A stretch of 64,000 nucleotides of DNA from an uncultured Bacteroidota bacterium (GCA_947085565.1 CAMTWZ010000002.1:3921-67920), one strand, 5' to 3'. Counted from the stretch's first letter, positions 9,617-22,460 are shown. Numbers and translations are program-made. Notes: generated from the sequence alone by a model not told the origin.

Positions 9617-9857
9617 GGTAGGATGGTAGGATGGTAGGATGGTAGGATGGTAAAGATAGGAATCAGGAATCAGGAATCGGGATGGTCGAGGAAATGTTGA
9701 ATTTTAAATGTTGAATTTTAAATGAAGAGGTGCCACCTCGACATTCCGTAAAATCGCCATCTTACCGATTACCGATTACCGATTACCGATTACCGATTAC
9801 CGATTACCGATTACCGATTACCGATTACCGATTACCGATTACCGATTACCGATTACC
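9617..9857. repeat. Stacked arrays: (GGTAGGAT)n, GGAATCA, a 14-mer AATGTTGAATTTTA repeat and 13 x TTACCGA (9762-9852)
   Basis: Read directly. Confidence 0.95.
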
Positions 9858-9860
9858 ATC

Positions 9861-11168
9861 CTACCTAACCACCAACGGCAGCACATACACCCTGAACCTC
9901 GCATACCCCAGCGGACCTCCAAGCACGAGGAAATACGCGATCAACACGGTGAGCAGCACGAAGAGCTTGCGATCCTCGCTCCACAGTCGGTAGAAACCCC
10001 GCACCGCGAACATATACACTACGCACAGGAAGAGCACATACAGCACCAGGAAGGGGTAGGCCTTGACCAGCTTCCAAGCAGAACTCACGATTCCGTCTCT
10101 GGCCATGGTCTGAAGCAAACCGCCGGGATCCGCCTCCGACGCGCCGAAGGTGCGCACCCAGACTTCGCGTCCCGGATCGAACAACGTGTAGGCCACACCC
10201 TTGGCCATCTGGGCGACGAACGTGATCGGATACTCCGCCAGAATCTCTTTTGCGATGGCGGATTTGTTGGATGAAATCGTGTCGAACGTGTCGCCCTCGC
10301 GCTCCAGCAAGGTGTATCGAGCTCGAACCGTATCGATAGCTTGGGCATGGGTATAGCCTTCGGCGGCGGACAGCACAATCGCGGCATGACCCGTCATCAG
10401 ATTCTCCGCCGCGATGCTGGTGTAAGCGAAAGTCCCGTGCGAGGCGTAATTCCTCGCCTGCCACAGAAACGGCAGCCCCGCGGCGATCAGCACGAACCCG
10501 GCGATGCGCGACCATTTCCAGCCCAGGTAGCGAAGCACCGGAATCATCACCCACGGCAGGTAGAACGTGATGGGCTTTAGAAGCGTGGCGAGGCCGAGGA
10601 GGGTCCCGGCTCCGTAAGGGCGCATGGGAACGGGCGCATCATTGATGCGCCCCGCCCATGCGCCCCGAATCCAAACCACCATCCACACCATCAGCGGCGC
10701 GAAAATCATCTCCGTCAAGATCTCCTTCGAAAAGAGGAGGTGGCCGAGGTCGAAGAGGAGGACGAGGGCGGGCGCATTGTACGGGTGCATCACTGATGCA
10801 CCCGTGTCCATGCGCCCCACCCCCCACCAAAGTGCCACGCTCCCCGCAAGGTTCACAAGCAGCAAGCCCACCTTTCCCCAAAACCCCGTGCCGAACACCC
10901 AATACACCGCCGCGATGATAAGCGGGTAGCCCGGCGGACGGATCATATCCGCCATCGGGTCCGTGTCGGCCGAGCCGTAGCCTGGAGCCAGGTATTCGCC
11001 CGTCTCCAGCAACGACAGCGCGATCTGCTCATACAGGGCCGAATCGCCGTTGTACATCCTCGTCTCAGGGTCTTGCAGGGCCCAGAGGGCGATGCAAAGC
11101 CTGGAAACCAAATAGAGGCCGAATAACCAGGAGGGAAGAAATTTTAAATTGAAAATTTTAAATGGCAT
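9861..11168 (-). CDS. Polytopic membrane glycosyltransferase (GT-C-like); start uncertain
   Basis: DSALY, RPPGYP, ILTE, C-terminal ARFR, many TM segments. Confidence 0.75.
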   Translation of the reverse strand: MPFKIFNLKFLPSWLFGLYLVSRLCIALWALQDPETRMYNGDSALYEQIALSLLETGEYLAPGYGSADTDPMADMIRPPGYPLIIAAVYWVFGTGFWGKVGLLLVNLAGSVALWWGVGRMDTGASVMHPYNAPALVLLFDLGHLLFSKEILTEMIFAPLMVWMVVWIRGAWAGRINDAPVPMRPYGAGTLLGLATLLKPITFYLPWVMIPVLRYLGWKWSRIAGFVLIAAGLPFLWQARNYASHGTFAYTSIAAENLMTGHAAIVLSAAEGYTHAQAIDTVRARYTLLEREGDTFDTISSNKSAIAKEILAEYPITFVAQMAKGVAYTLFDPGREVWVRTFGASEADPGGLLQTMARDGIVSSAWKLVKAYPFLVLYVLFLCVVYMFAVRGFYRLWSEDRKLFVLLTVLIAYFLVLGGPLGYARFRVYVLPLVVR

Positions 11169-11237
11169 GCTTCACCACGTTCTGTGCAATGAAGAAAAGC
11201 CGCAAAACTCGAAATTCACACATTTAAAATTTCAAAT

Positions 11238-12239
11238 TTAAAATGTGTGCTGGCCATAAACCTGCCACATACTCTGGAGCAACGTCCTCAGATCCGAGTG
11301 CTGCGCTTTCCAGCCGAGTTTCTCTTCAGCGATGGTCGATGTGGCGTAGACGGTCGACGGATCCCCTTCGCGGCGACCCACGAACGTGAACGGAACCTTC
11401 TTGCCCGTGATCTCTTCTGTCATCGAAATCACATCCAGGATGGAATAGCCGACGCCAGTCGCCAGGTTGCATTTCAGGTTCTCGCCGGTGCGGGTGATGT
11501 AATCGACCGCCGCCACATGCGCCGTAGCCAGGTCGTTCACGTGGATGTAATCGCGAACGCAGGTACCGTCGTGCGTCGGATAATCATTGCCGTTCACCAC
11601 CATCGACGCGCGCGTTCCGTTGGCCACTTCCAGCACGATCGGGAGCAGGTTCGCCGGATTCTTCTCCAAGCCGCGCACGCGTCCTTTCACGTCATACCCC
11701 GCCGCGTTGAAATAGCGCAGCGCCGCAAATCGGATGCCTTTCAACTGCGAATACCAATCCAGATACCGCTCCACTTCCAGCTTCGTGAAGCCGTAATAAC
11801 TCATCGGCTGCTGCGGATGCGCCTCGTTCATCGGCAGATACTGCGGCTCGCCGTAGATGGCACTTGACGAGGAAAAGACGATGTTCTTGATGCCAGCTTC
11901 GCACATCGCATTCAGGATGTTCAAGGTGCCGATCAGGTTCGTCACGCTGTATTTCTCGGGCTTGGTCATGCTTTCACCCGCGTTCTTGAACGCGGCGAAA
12001 TGGACGACTGCGTCGTAGGGAGCTTGCCCTGAGCGAAGCGAAGGGTGGACCGAAAAGAGGGACTTCAAGTCGTTTTCGTTTAATATGTCGCCTTTGATGA
12101 AGGTTGCTTGAGGGGGGATGTTCTCCTCCCAGCCGGTGAGGAGGTTGTCGAAGATGGTGACTTCGTGTCCGTTTTCTATGAATTCGTAGGCTGTATGCGA
12201 ACCGATGTATCCGGCTCCACCGATGATGAGGATCTTCAT
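11238..12239 (-). CDS. galE: UDP-glucose 4-epimerase
   Basis: GGAGYIGSH, FSSS, YGFTK, LRYFNAAG, DGTCVRDYIHV. Confidence 0.95.
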   Translation of the reverse strand: MKILIIGGAGYIGSHTAYEFIENGHEVTIFDNLLTGWEENIPPQATFIKGDILNENDLKSLFSVHPSLRSGQAPYDAVVHFAAFKNAGESMTKPEKYSVTNLIGTLNILNAMCEAGIKNIVFSSSSAIYGEPQYLPMNEAHPQQPMSYYGFTKLEVERYLDWYSQLKGIRFAALRYFNAAGYDVKGRVRGLEKNPANLLPIVLEVANGTRASMVVNGNDYPTHDGTCVRDYIHVNDLATAHVAAVDYITRTGENLKCNLATGVGYSILDVISMTEEITGKKVPFTFVGRREGDPSTVYATSTIAEEKLGWKAQHSDLRTLLQSMWQVYGQHTF

Positions 12240-12315
12240 AAGTAGGAAGTAAGAAGGGTAAAGTAGGAAGATACGGGTACTGAGCGACGCTCAAACGGGA
12301 AGTCTGATCATGGTG

Positions 12316-12624
12316 AATTTTAAATGAACAATTTTAAATGAAGAGGTGCTTCGCATTAACACTCTGACCTCGCACCCTTCGCTTCGCTCAGGATGACAAC
12401 GCATCAACGTAAAAATAGAAGAGACGGCATAGCGCTTTTTAGGCGCACTTATGATCTCGCCATGCCGCCTCTTCATTATTTTCTAACTACGTACCCTCAT
12501 CCTGAGCGAAGCGAAGGACCTCTTCATTTAAAATTGTTCATTTAAAATTCAACATTCAGCACTGTCATCCTGAGCGAAGCGAAGGACCTCTTCATTTAAA
12601 ATTCAACATTTAAAATTCAACATT
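12316..12624. repeat. Nested inverted-repeat element (AATTTTAAATG and TCATCCTGAGCGAAGCGAAGG families)
   Basis: Multiple arms; same architecture as 8086-8271. Confidence 0.85.
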
Positions 12625-12649
12625 CTTCAATTTGGGATACCTTTAGCGC

Positions 12650-13573
12650 ATGAAAAGTCAATTCCTCCTCTATCTAAAAGGCTTCGCCATGGGTTCGGCC
12701 GATGTGGTCCCGGGTGTGAGCGGCGGAACCATGGCCCTGATCACCGGCATCTACACCCAACTGCTGGATTCGATCAAAAGCGTGGATGCCGCCGCGGTCA
12801 AACTCCTTGTCACATTCCAGTGGACATCCGCCTTTGAACGCATCCATTGGCGGTTCCTCGGGGTGCTTTTGGCCGGACTCTTTTCCGCCATCCTATTTTT
12901 CACTCGCGTGGTTCCGCTGCCCGAACTCATCCACTCTCATCCGGTTCAAGTGTACGGACTCTTTTTCGGACTCATCCTGGGTTCCGTGTTCATCGTGGGA
13001 AAGGAAGCGGCTCCATTCGATCTGCGAGCCATCGCATTCACTACGCTTGGTGTGGCGATCGGATTTTGGGTAGTGAATCTGGTGCCGACGGAGACTCCCG
13101 AACATCCGCTCTTCATCTTTTTCGCGGGTTCTATAGCCATTTGCGCGATGGTTCTGCCGGGGATTTCCGGCTCCTTCATCCTGCTCATCCTGCGCAAATA
13201 TGACTACGTACTCGGCCAGTTTGCCTTGCTCGGCGGACCCGAAACTCTCTCCGCCCTCGGCGTTTTGGTTCCCTTTGGCCTGGGTGTGCTCACCGGCATC
13301 GCGCTGTTCACCCGCTTTCTGAGCTGGTTGCTGCATCATTACGGAAAAGCCACCATGGCTGTGCTCATCGGGTTCATGATCGGGTCGCTTTGGGTGATCT
13401 GGCCCTGGCAGAGCCGCGTCTATGAAACCGTGCGTGGCCAAGAGAAACTCATCCACAGCGAGCCCATACTACCCGTGGTCGGAACTCCTGAATTCTATTG
13501 GGGAATCGGGATGATGGCGGTGGGGTTTTTCATTGTTCTAATATTGGAGAGCGCCGCACGTCGATCCCGTTAG
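12650..13573 (+). CDS. DUF368 family membrane protein (putative undecaprenyl-phosphate transporter)
   Basis: GFAMGSADVVPGVSGGT and AICAMVLPGISGS repeats. Confidence 0.92.
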   Translation: MKSQFLLYLKGFAMGSADVVPGVSGGTMALITGIYTQLLDSIKSVDAAAVKLLVTFQWTSAFERIHWRFLGVLLAGLFSAILFFTRVVPLPELIHSHPVQVYGLFFGLILGSVFIVGKEAAPFDLRAIAFTTLGVAIGFWVVNLVPTETPEHPLFIFFAGSIAICAMVLPGISGSFILLILRKYDYVLGQFALLGGPETLSALGVLVPFGLGVLTGIALFTRFLSWLLHHYGKATMAVLIGFMIGSLWVIWPWQSRVYETVRGQEKLIHSEPILPVVGTPEFYWGIGMMAVGFFIVLILESAARRSR

Positions 13574-13658
13574 AGTTCGTTAATTGTCGGAACAGTGGTG
13601 TAACATTGTGGTACTTTTAGACTCATTGAGGTAAACGTATCCAGGTTTCCCCTCACCC

Positions 13659-14078
13659 ATGTCTTCAGGTCAAGTTTTTCTCGCACTCGGTGCCATCATC
13701 CTGTTCAGCTTCACAGCGCTGAATGTGAACCGGACCTATATCTCCGCTTTGGAAGAGGCCATTCTGATTCAATCGGAACTCGATGCGGTTCAATACGGAC
13801 AAACCCTATCCGAAGAAGTCTCCTCCAACAGGGCGAATTACGCCACCCTTGAAACCATTTACGCGAATCTGGGGGATGTGTCAAACTCCGCAACCCGTCG
13901 CGTATTCGTCACACCGGCTTTGGATACCCTTTACGCCACGATTCAGGTAGCCGCAGAAGCGGAGACATTATATGATGTGATGGGAAAAATCGTCACCGTG
14001 ACGGTCTTCTCAAGGCAGGAAACCGGTGATTTCCGGATGCGCGCCACCTACTCCGTACCCATCATTCAACCTGATTAA
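13659..14078 (+). CDS. Pilin-like protein with a single N-terminal hydrophobic helix
   Basis: 139 aa, N-terminal TM helix, first of three tightly spaced genes. Confidence 0.55.
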   Translation: MSSGQVFLALGAIILFSFTALNVNRTYISALEEAILIQSELDAVQYGQTLSEEVSSNRANYATLETIYANLGDVSNSATRRVFVTPALDTLYATIQVAAEAETLYDVMGKIVTVTVFSRQETGDFRMRATYSVPIIQPD

Positions 14079-14087
14079 AGGACACCC

Positions 14088-14519
14088 ATGGGCTCACAAT
14101 TTGATTTGATCACGCCGGTTGTCATTCTTGGAATCCTGATGTTGCTGGTGGTCGGTTTGCAGCAATTCATGCAAACCTCATCCGCAGAAACCCGATTCAT
14201 CAACCGAAATCAAGCTGAAATCGGCATTGCCATGCAGGTGATGCAGGAAGAGTTGAAAGGTCTCACTTCGGTCATCGCCATCAACGACAGCGTGTTCCGC
14301 TATACCACCGCTACGAACGATACCGTCCGAGTTTTCCGCTTGAGCGCGCGTCTTGCGGTTCTCCGCAATGGCGACACCCTTTTCTATGATGTGGGCCTGA
14401 CCGACATCCAGTTCAACCTTATCAGTGATTCCGGAGAAGCTCCTTTTTTTCTGCGTTTGCGTCTGGACGCCGAAAATGCCGCGACTCAGCGAGAATTCTA
14501 TCTTCGAAATCTGGAGTAA
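14088..14519 (+). CDS. Pilin-like (PilW-like) protein
   Basis: N-terminal TM and amphipathic helix, C-terminal FYLRNL. Confidence 0.55.
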   Translation: MGSQFDLITPVVILGILMLLVVGLQQFMQTSSAETRFINRNQAEIGIAMQVMQEELKGLTSVIAINDSVFRYTTATNDTVRVFRLSARLAVLRNGDTLFYDVGLTDIQFNLISDSGEAPFFLRLRLDAENAATQREFYLRNLE

Positions 14520-14525
14520 ACCCCC

Positions 14526-15856
14526 ATGGGACGATATGCCATCATGGTTGTGATGTCCTTGACCTTCGGACTCATCGCCTACAATCACGGAATGGTCACC
14601 TCCACCTTGTATTCCAAGGCCGAAACCACATCCGAATTCAACCGGTCGCAAGCCCGATTCATCGCGATGAGTGTGGCTGAAATCGCAATTCAGCGACTCA
14701 ATGATGAGGACGACGACGTATTCACACCCTCTGCGGATGACACCATCTCGGTTCCCGCGAACGGATTTGAAAACTGGGGCGGTGTGGGTGGACAATACCG
14801 CGTCTTGGTGATCAATTCCGGCGATTCTCTCTTAAGCATGCAAGCGGAGGGGTTGTTCAACGAGACCACGTACACGGTGAATGTCAGTATGGAATTCGCT
14901 ACCGCGGATGACACTTGGGAGCCGGATTTGAGCAAGGCCGTATTCGCCGGCGAAACGATCAACCTCCAAGGAAGCGCTCGAATCCGCGGCCACGTGGCAA
15001 CCAATTCGACAGCGGTGAACGGTGTTCGGATGCAATGGTCCACCAAAATCGACAGCAGCCTGACCATCGGCCCCGGTGGCAACCCTGCCACAGTGGTGAA
15101 CCGCGCGAACCCAGCCGGTAACATCGGTCCACAAGGCATCAAGGTGGGGACCTCCGTGAAAACACATCCTATGCCTGTGTATCCGGCATATCCTGATATT
15201 GTCAGTTCGGTTGCGCCGTGGACGGTGGAAGGCGCATCAACAGTGACAATGAATCCAGCGCAATATTCCGGTAAATACGTTCCGTCCATCTCTGTATCTG
15301 CTAGTGGAAGGCTCAATATTCAGACGAACAATGTGGATCAGGTGATCCATACCAATTCCCTTTCCATTGCAGGATCCGGTCGGATCATCGTTCTTGGCAC
15401 CGGTCGGGTTACCTTGTACGTGGTCAACACCTTCTCGATCGCGGGAAGTGCCACCGTCAACCACACCAGAGCGGCAAATACCTTGCTGATGTATTATGGC
15501 GGCGCATCGATGAGTGTGTCCGGTTCCACCGCCTTCAGAGGAGACGTGTTCGCTGAAAGAGCGAACATCACCCTGACCGGATCGGGCGGGTTCCAAGGCC
15601 ATATCATCACCGGTGGAACGGCCGTGACAGTGACAGGTTCGGCTGACGCCCACTCACGAGTCATCTATGCCCCCAATGCCACCGTTTCGATGACGGGGTC
15701 AGGCAGGGTGACCGGAACCATCGTTGCCCGACATTATCTCGGAAGCGGATCTTCGGATGTGTATTTCGCCACAGGCTTGGATGAGAGCATCCCACCACTC
15801 AAAATCTCCGGTGGAGGTGGTGGTGGCGGCGGACCAAGAGTTCGGGTCAGGGCGTT

Positions 15857-15863
<7 letters not shown>
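14526..15863 (+). CDS. PilX-like protein with a Gly/Ser/Thr-rich beta-solenoid C-terminus
   Basis: QARFIAMSVAEIAI PilX-type helix, repeated xGSxxVxG units, IYAPNA. Confidence 0.6.
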
Positions 15864-18712
<2,849 letters not shown>

Positions 18713-18836
18713 TTACGCAATCTTCACTGTCTATGAGCCTGCCCTGAGCGAAGCGAAGGGGTCTTCGGTCTATGTAACCGGATTGTGTTGACTATAAAAC
18801 ACAAAAACAGTTCATTTGTTGATAATAGTCAACACA

Positions 18837-19121
18837 ATGAAGCCCAAAACGCTTCTCATCTTTCCTCAGCATCAGAAGATCTTTGCACAGGTCGGGGAGC
18901 AGATAAAACTAGCTCGCAAGCGGCGCAAACTCACGACCATTCAGGTGGCCGAGCGTGCCGGCATCGATCGAACCACGTTGTATCATATTGAAAAAGGAAA
19001 ACCAACCGTGGCGATGGGGGCCTATTTCCATGTGTTGCGTGTGCTCAATCTCCATGAAGACGTTCTGAAACTGGCCGCTGATGATGTGTTAGGACGCAAA
19101 CTGCAGGATCTGGAGCCTTGA
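18837..19121 (+). CDS. XRE family HTH regulator (HipB-like antitoxin)
   Basis: GEQIKLARKRR, VAERAGI, IEKG; directly upstream of a HipA-like N-terminus. Confidence 0.8.
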   Translation: MKPKTLLIFPQHQKIFAQVGEQIKLARKRRKLTTIQVAERAGIDRTTLYHIEKGKPTVAMGAYFHVLRVLNLHEDVLKLAADDVLGRKLQDLEP

Positions 19122-19124
19122 CCT

Positions 19125-19370
19125 ATGGCTGTGTCAAAAACTGGCATTTTTGTCTATGCGCAATGGGGATCCATGCTGGAGCCTCAAAAAATGGGAGTGC
19201 TTACTGCGCAAGAAATCCGAGGGGCGCTCATCTGGAGTTTCTACTACGATCGAGAGTGGCTTGCAGGGAAATCCACAATCCTATTGGATCCGGATCTTCA
19301 ATGGTTTTCGGGTCCACAATATGCTCAAATGTCAGAGCCGAATTTTGGACTCTTTATGGATACAAACCTG
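19125..19370 (+). pseudogene. Truncated HipA toxin (N-terminal domain only)
   Basis: SFYYDREWL, LDPDLQWFSGPQY, NFGLFMD, then loss of similarity; no kinase domain. Confidence 0.75.
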
Positions 19371-19440
19371 GTGATGGAAGTCACAATAAGTAAATGGAGA
19401 CTTGTCTTTATATCAAGGAAAACGATGATATCGCATTGGG

Positions 19441-20340
19441 TCATACATCCCTCCAAAGAGAGTGTTCGCGCCAGTTTGGTGGCATTCCCATCACATCAAG
19501 GGGTATAGACGGATGCTTTTTGACCAACTCGACGACACGATTCGCCCATTGGCTGTTGGGGGCGATGTGCATCATCAAGTGGCGGCAGATGGAAAGAACG
19601 CCGATCAAGCGATCATTTCGAATCGGGTAGGGCTCGTGCCATGTCGGCCATTTCTCCTGGCTTGGCATTTTGGGACGTAACGTGAACGCTCGGTTATACA
19701 TTCGGCTGTGGTGGGCGCAAAAATTGCGAACCGTATTCAGGCTCAGAATCCATGAATCAAGGAGGTAATGATTTACTCCAAGTTGACTGGAAATCTGTTT
19801 TTGAATGGAAAGCGGGCTTTTTCGATAGAGGGCAACGACCGTACCAAAGGACAGGACCTCTGTGGCAATCCATGTAGGGGGTAATGCATGATCCGCCCCA
19901 TATTTTGCTCTGAAATGATCCATGAAGGGTTCACGGCTTCTGTCCACATCTTTTCGGATCCATTCCATCAACTCGGGGCGATCCGGCTTTACTGGCATTG
20001 GTAAAGCATCCGGATTTTCAACATAACCGAAAGGCCCGAATTTTGCCGACTGATGATAGGCCATTTGGGTTCGAACGCAGACTTCGATCCGTTCAATGGC
20101 ATCCATCAACAAAAGACGAAGCATGCGATCGAACATGTATCGTCTCCAAACTTCTTCAATATCGGTTTCCGGCTTGAACGTATCGTCCGGATTGCGAAAT
20201 GGATACCAATAACCGCTAAGGCGGTAGTAATTGACGACCTTCAATCGTCGGGCGATGCGGGCTGGATCACCTCCCATCCCTCTGGATTGCAATAAAGCAA
20301 CCTGCTCATCGATGGTTAGTGGGGGTTTGGTGTACTTCAC
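19441..20340 (-). CDS. Abi family (Abi_2/AbiD/AbiF) HEPN RNase
   Basis: KPPLTIDEQ, NYYRLSGYW, YMFDRMLR, PTW...LSFG, HEPN motif RNFCAHH. Confidence 0.92.
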   Translation of the reverse strand: MKYTKPPLTIDEQVALLQSRGMGGDPARIARRLKVVNYYRLSGYWYPFRNPDDTFKPETDIEEVWRRYMFDRMLRLLLMDAIERIEVCVRTQMAYHQSAKFGPFGYVENPDALPMPVKPDRPELMEWIRKDVDRSREPFMDHFRAKYGADHALPPTWIATEVLSFGTVVALYRKSPLSIQKQISSQLGVNHYLLDSWILSLNTVRNFCAHHSRMYNRAFTLRPKMPSQEKWPTWHEPYPIRNDRLIGVLSICRHLMMHIAPNSQWANRVVELVKKHPSIPLDVMGMPPNWREHSLWRDV

Positions 20341-20354
20341 AGCTCAATCCCCGA

Positions 20355-20415
20355 AAAAGAAAAAGCCACCGTAAGATAGCATGTGTTTCCACAGAGGCCC
20401 GGCAGCTTTGATACT
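20355..20415 (-). ncRNA. abiF-like structured RNA upstream of the Abi gene
   Basis: Outer stem AAAGCUGCCG/CGGUGGCUUU, inner GCCUCU-GUGGAAACAC-AUGC, U tract, and a TATATTTG promoter box just upstream. Confidence 0.7.
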
Positions 20416-20466
20416 GCAAATATAATAACAGTTGTAACTAACAGCAAGTAAGTAATGTGGCTTGTG

Positions 20467-22065
20467 CTACTGGTCATACCCGAGCCCCTTCAAATTGGCA
20501 TCAATCACGGTATCCAATCGAGCGGCTTCCGCTTGCAGGGTTCGCCATTGCGAGCTTAGGCGCTGCATCTTGTCCACGAAGGCTTCATCGTCCTCTTCGG
20601 CGGCCTCGGATCCCACATATCGACCTGGGGTGAGCACGTGGCCATGCTTGCGGATCTCTTCAATACCCGCTGATTTGCAGAATCCGGGGACATCCTCATA
20701 TGTACCGGTCGAGGTCTCGCCCCTCCAGGCGTGGTAGGTATCGGCGATCTTTTGAATATCCTCGTCGGTGAGTTCCCGTCGGGTACGATCCACCAGTTGA
20801 CCCATATTGCGGGCATCGATGAACAAGACTTCACCACGTCGGTCACGCAACGTCTCGTTGCCACGTTTTCCATTGGATTTTTCGCGAGCCAGGAACCAGA
20901 GACAGGCAGGGATCTGTGTCGAATAAAACAGTTGACCCGGTAGAGCCACCATGCAATCGACGGCATCGGCTTCCACCATCGCCCTGCGGATCTCGCCTTC
21001 ACCGCTGCTGTTGGAGCTCATGGATCCGTTGGCAAGCACCACACCTGCCGCACCGAAGGGAGCTAGGTGCCAATGAATATGCTGTAACCACGCATAGTTG
21101 GCATTGGTGACGGGCGGAGTGCCGAATTGCCAGCGAGAGTCTTCCCTCAGGCGATCGCCACCCCAATCGGATATGTTGAACGGAGGGTTGGCCAGGATGT
21201 GATCGAAGCGAAGATCGCGCAATTCATCCTTATGAAAACTTCCCTCGTTGTTCCATCGGATGTCGGCGTCGATGCCACGCACAGCCAGGTTCATTTTGGC
21301 CAAACGCCAGGTCGTGTAATTGCTTTCCTGGCCATAGATCGCGATGTCGCCGAGGCGTCCACCTCGTTCGCGCACAAACTTCTCGCTCTGCACGAACATG
21401 CCGCCGGATCCACAGCAAGGGTCATACACACGTCCTTGATAGGGTTCGAGCATTTCCACCAAGACCCGGACCACCGAGCGTGGTGTATAGAACTCGCCAC
21501 CGCGTTTGCCCTCACTGCCTGCAAACTGTCCTAGGAAGTATTCATAGACACGACCGAGCACATCCTTTGATGAAGCGCCTTCCTCATTCAAGGCGATACC
21601 GGAGATCAGGTCGATCAGCTCACCAAGCATCACCTTATTGAGTGCTGGACGTGCGTAATCTTTGGGCAGCACACCTTTCAGGGATTCATTCTCCTTCTCG
21701 ATGGCTCTCATGGCATCATCGATCAGAATCCCGATTTCCGGACGTTTAGCATTGGCTCTGAGGTGCGACCAACGGGCTTCTTTCGGAACCCAGAAGATGT
21801 TGTCGGCCAAGTACTCGTCTTTGTCCTCAGCCACACTCGAATCCTCAGCGAGAAGAGTGGTGTGCCGGGCCTCAAACGCGTCAGAAATGTATTTAAGGAA
21901 GATCAACCCCAGCGCGACGTGCTTGTAGTCGCTCGGCTCCATATTGCCGCGCAGCTTATCGGCGGTTTTGAACAGCTCGGCTTCGAAGCCAAGGTTCGCG
22001 GCTGATTCGGAGGCTTTGTCGGATTTAGATGGTCGGCCAGGGCGTGGTGCGGATGAGATGTGCAT
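20467..22065 (-). CDS. hsdM: Type I restriction-modification methyltransferase subunit
   Basis: [33 protein letters not shown]. Confidence 0.95.
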   Translation of the reverse strand: MHISSAPRPGRPSKSDKASESAANLGFEAELFKTADKLRGNMEPSDYKHVALGLIFLKYISDAFEARHTTLLAEDSSVAEDKDEYLADNIFWVPKEARWSHLRANAKRPEIGILIDDAMRAIEKENESLKGVLPKDYARPALNKVMLGELIDLISGIALNEEGASSKDVLGRVYEYFLGQFAGSEGKRGGEFYTPRSVVRVLVEMLEPYQGRVYDPCCGSGGMFVQSEKFVRERGGRLGDIAIYGQESNYTTWRLAKMNLAVRGIDADIRWNNEGSFHKDELRDLRFDHILANPPFNISDWGGDRLREDSRWQFGTPPVTNANYAWLQHIHWHLAPFGAAGVVLANGSMSSNSSGEGEIRRAMVEADAVDCMVALPGQLFYSTQIPACLWFLAREKSNGKRGNETLRDRRGEVLFIDARNMGQLVDRTRRELTDEDIQKIADTYHAWRGETSTGTYEDVPGFCKSAGIEEIRKHGHVLTPGRYVGSEAAEEDDEAFVDKMQRLSSQWRTLQAEAARLDTVIDANLKGLGYDQ

Positions 22066-22322
22066 GGGAAAGTGACTGCAGTCGCTATAAAATCTTTCAG
22101 CGGAATATAGGCGATGAGTCCGATTCGTCTATGGTAAATTCAATCGAGTTGGCTCACTCCATCAAATAAAGATCATCCATGCTGTACGTGTCCCAAAACT
22201 CCTGTCCCTAACCGCTTGAATTCTTGGACTGGTTTTTTGGCCTAACCAGGACACACCATGTATAGAAAGTGTCATTTAGTGACGATAACAACTTTTGGAG
22301 TAAAGTCTTAATTGGCTCAAGG

Positions 22323-22368
22323 ACATAAAAAAACCCGCTCTACGTGCACATAGAGCGGGTTTTTATGT
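22323..22368. terminator. Bidirectional intrinsic terminator downstream of the tRNA
   Basis: aaaaaaacccgctcta-cgtgcaca-tagagcgggttttt. Confidence 0.85.
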
Positions 22369-22370
22369 TG

Positions 22371-22444
22371 TGGGCCCAGAGGGACTTGAACCCCCGACCA
22401 AGCGATTATGAGTCGCCTGCTCTGACCAACTGAGCTATGGGCCC
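22371..22444 (-). tRNA. tRNA with CAT anticodon, probably tRNA-Ile2; CCA not encoded
   Basis: GGGCCCATAGCTCAGTTGGTCAGAGCAGGCGACTCATAATCGCTTGGTCGGGGGTTCAAGTCCCTCTGGGCCCA folds as a cloverleaf. Confidence 0.93.
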
Positions 22445-22460
22445 TTTATTCCTTAAAGCT

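Noticed and set aside
756-9857. CRISPR array
   Set aside because: Repeats are contiguous 7-8-mers without unique spacers, and no cas genes are present
9730-9993. ORF with (YRLPITD)n, and the similar ORF at 8801-8998
   Set aside because: Translations of tandem repeats
22371-22444. Initiator tRNA-fMet
   Set aside because: It has a paired G1-C72 and lacks three consecutive G-C pairs in the anticodon stem; Ile2 fits better, though elongator Met is not fully excluded
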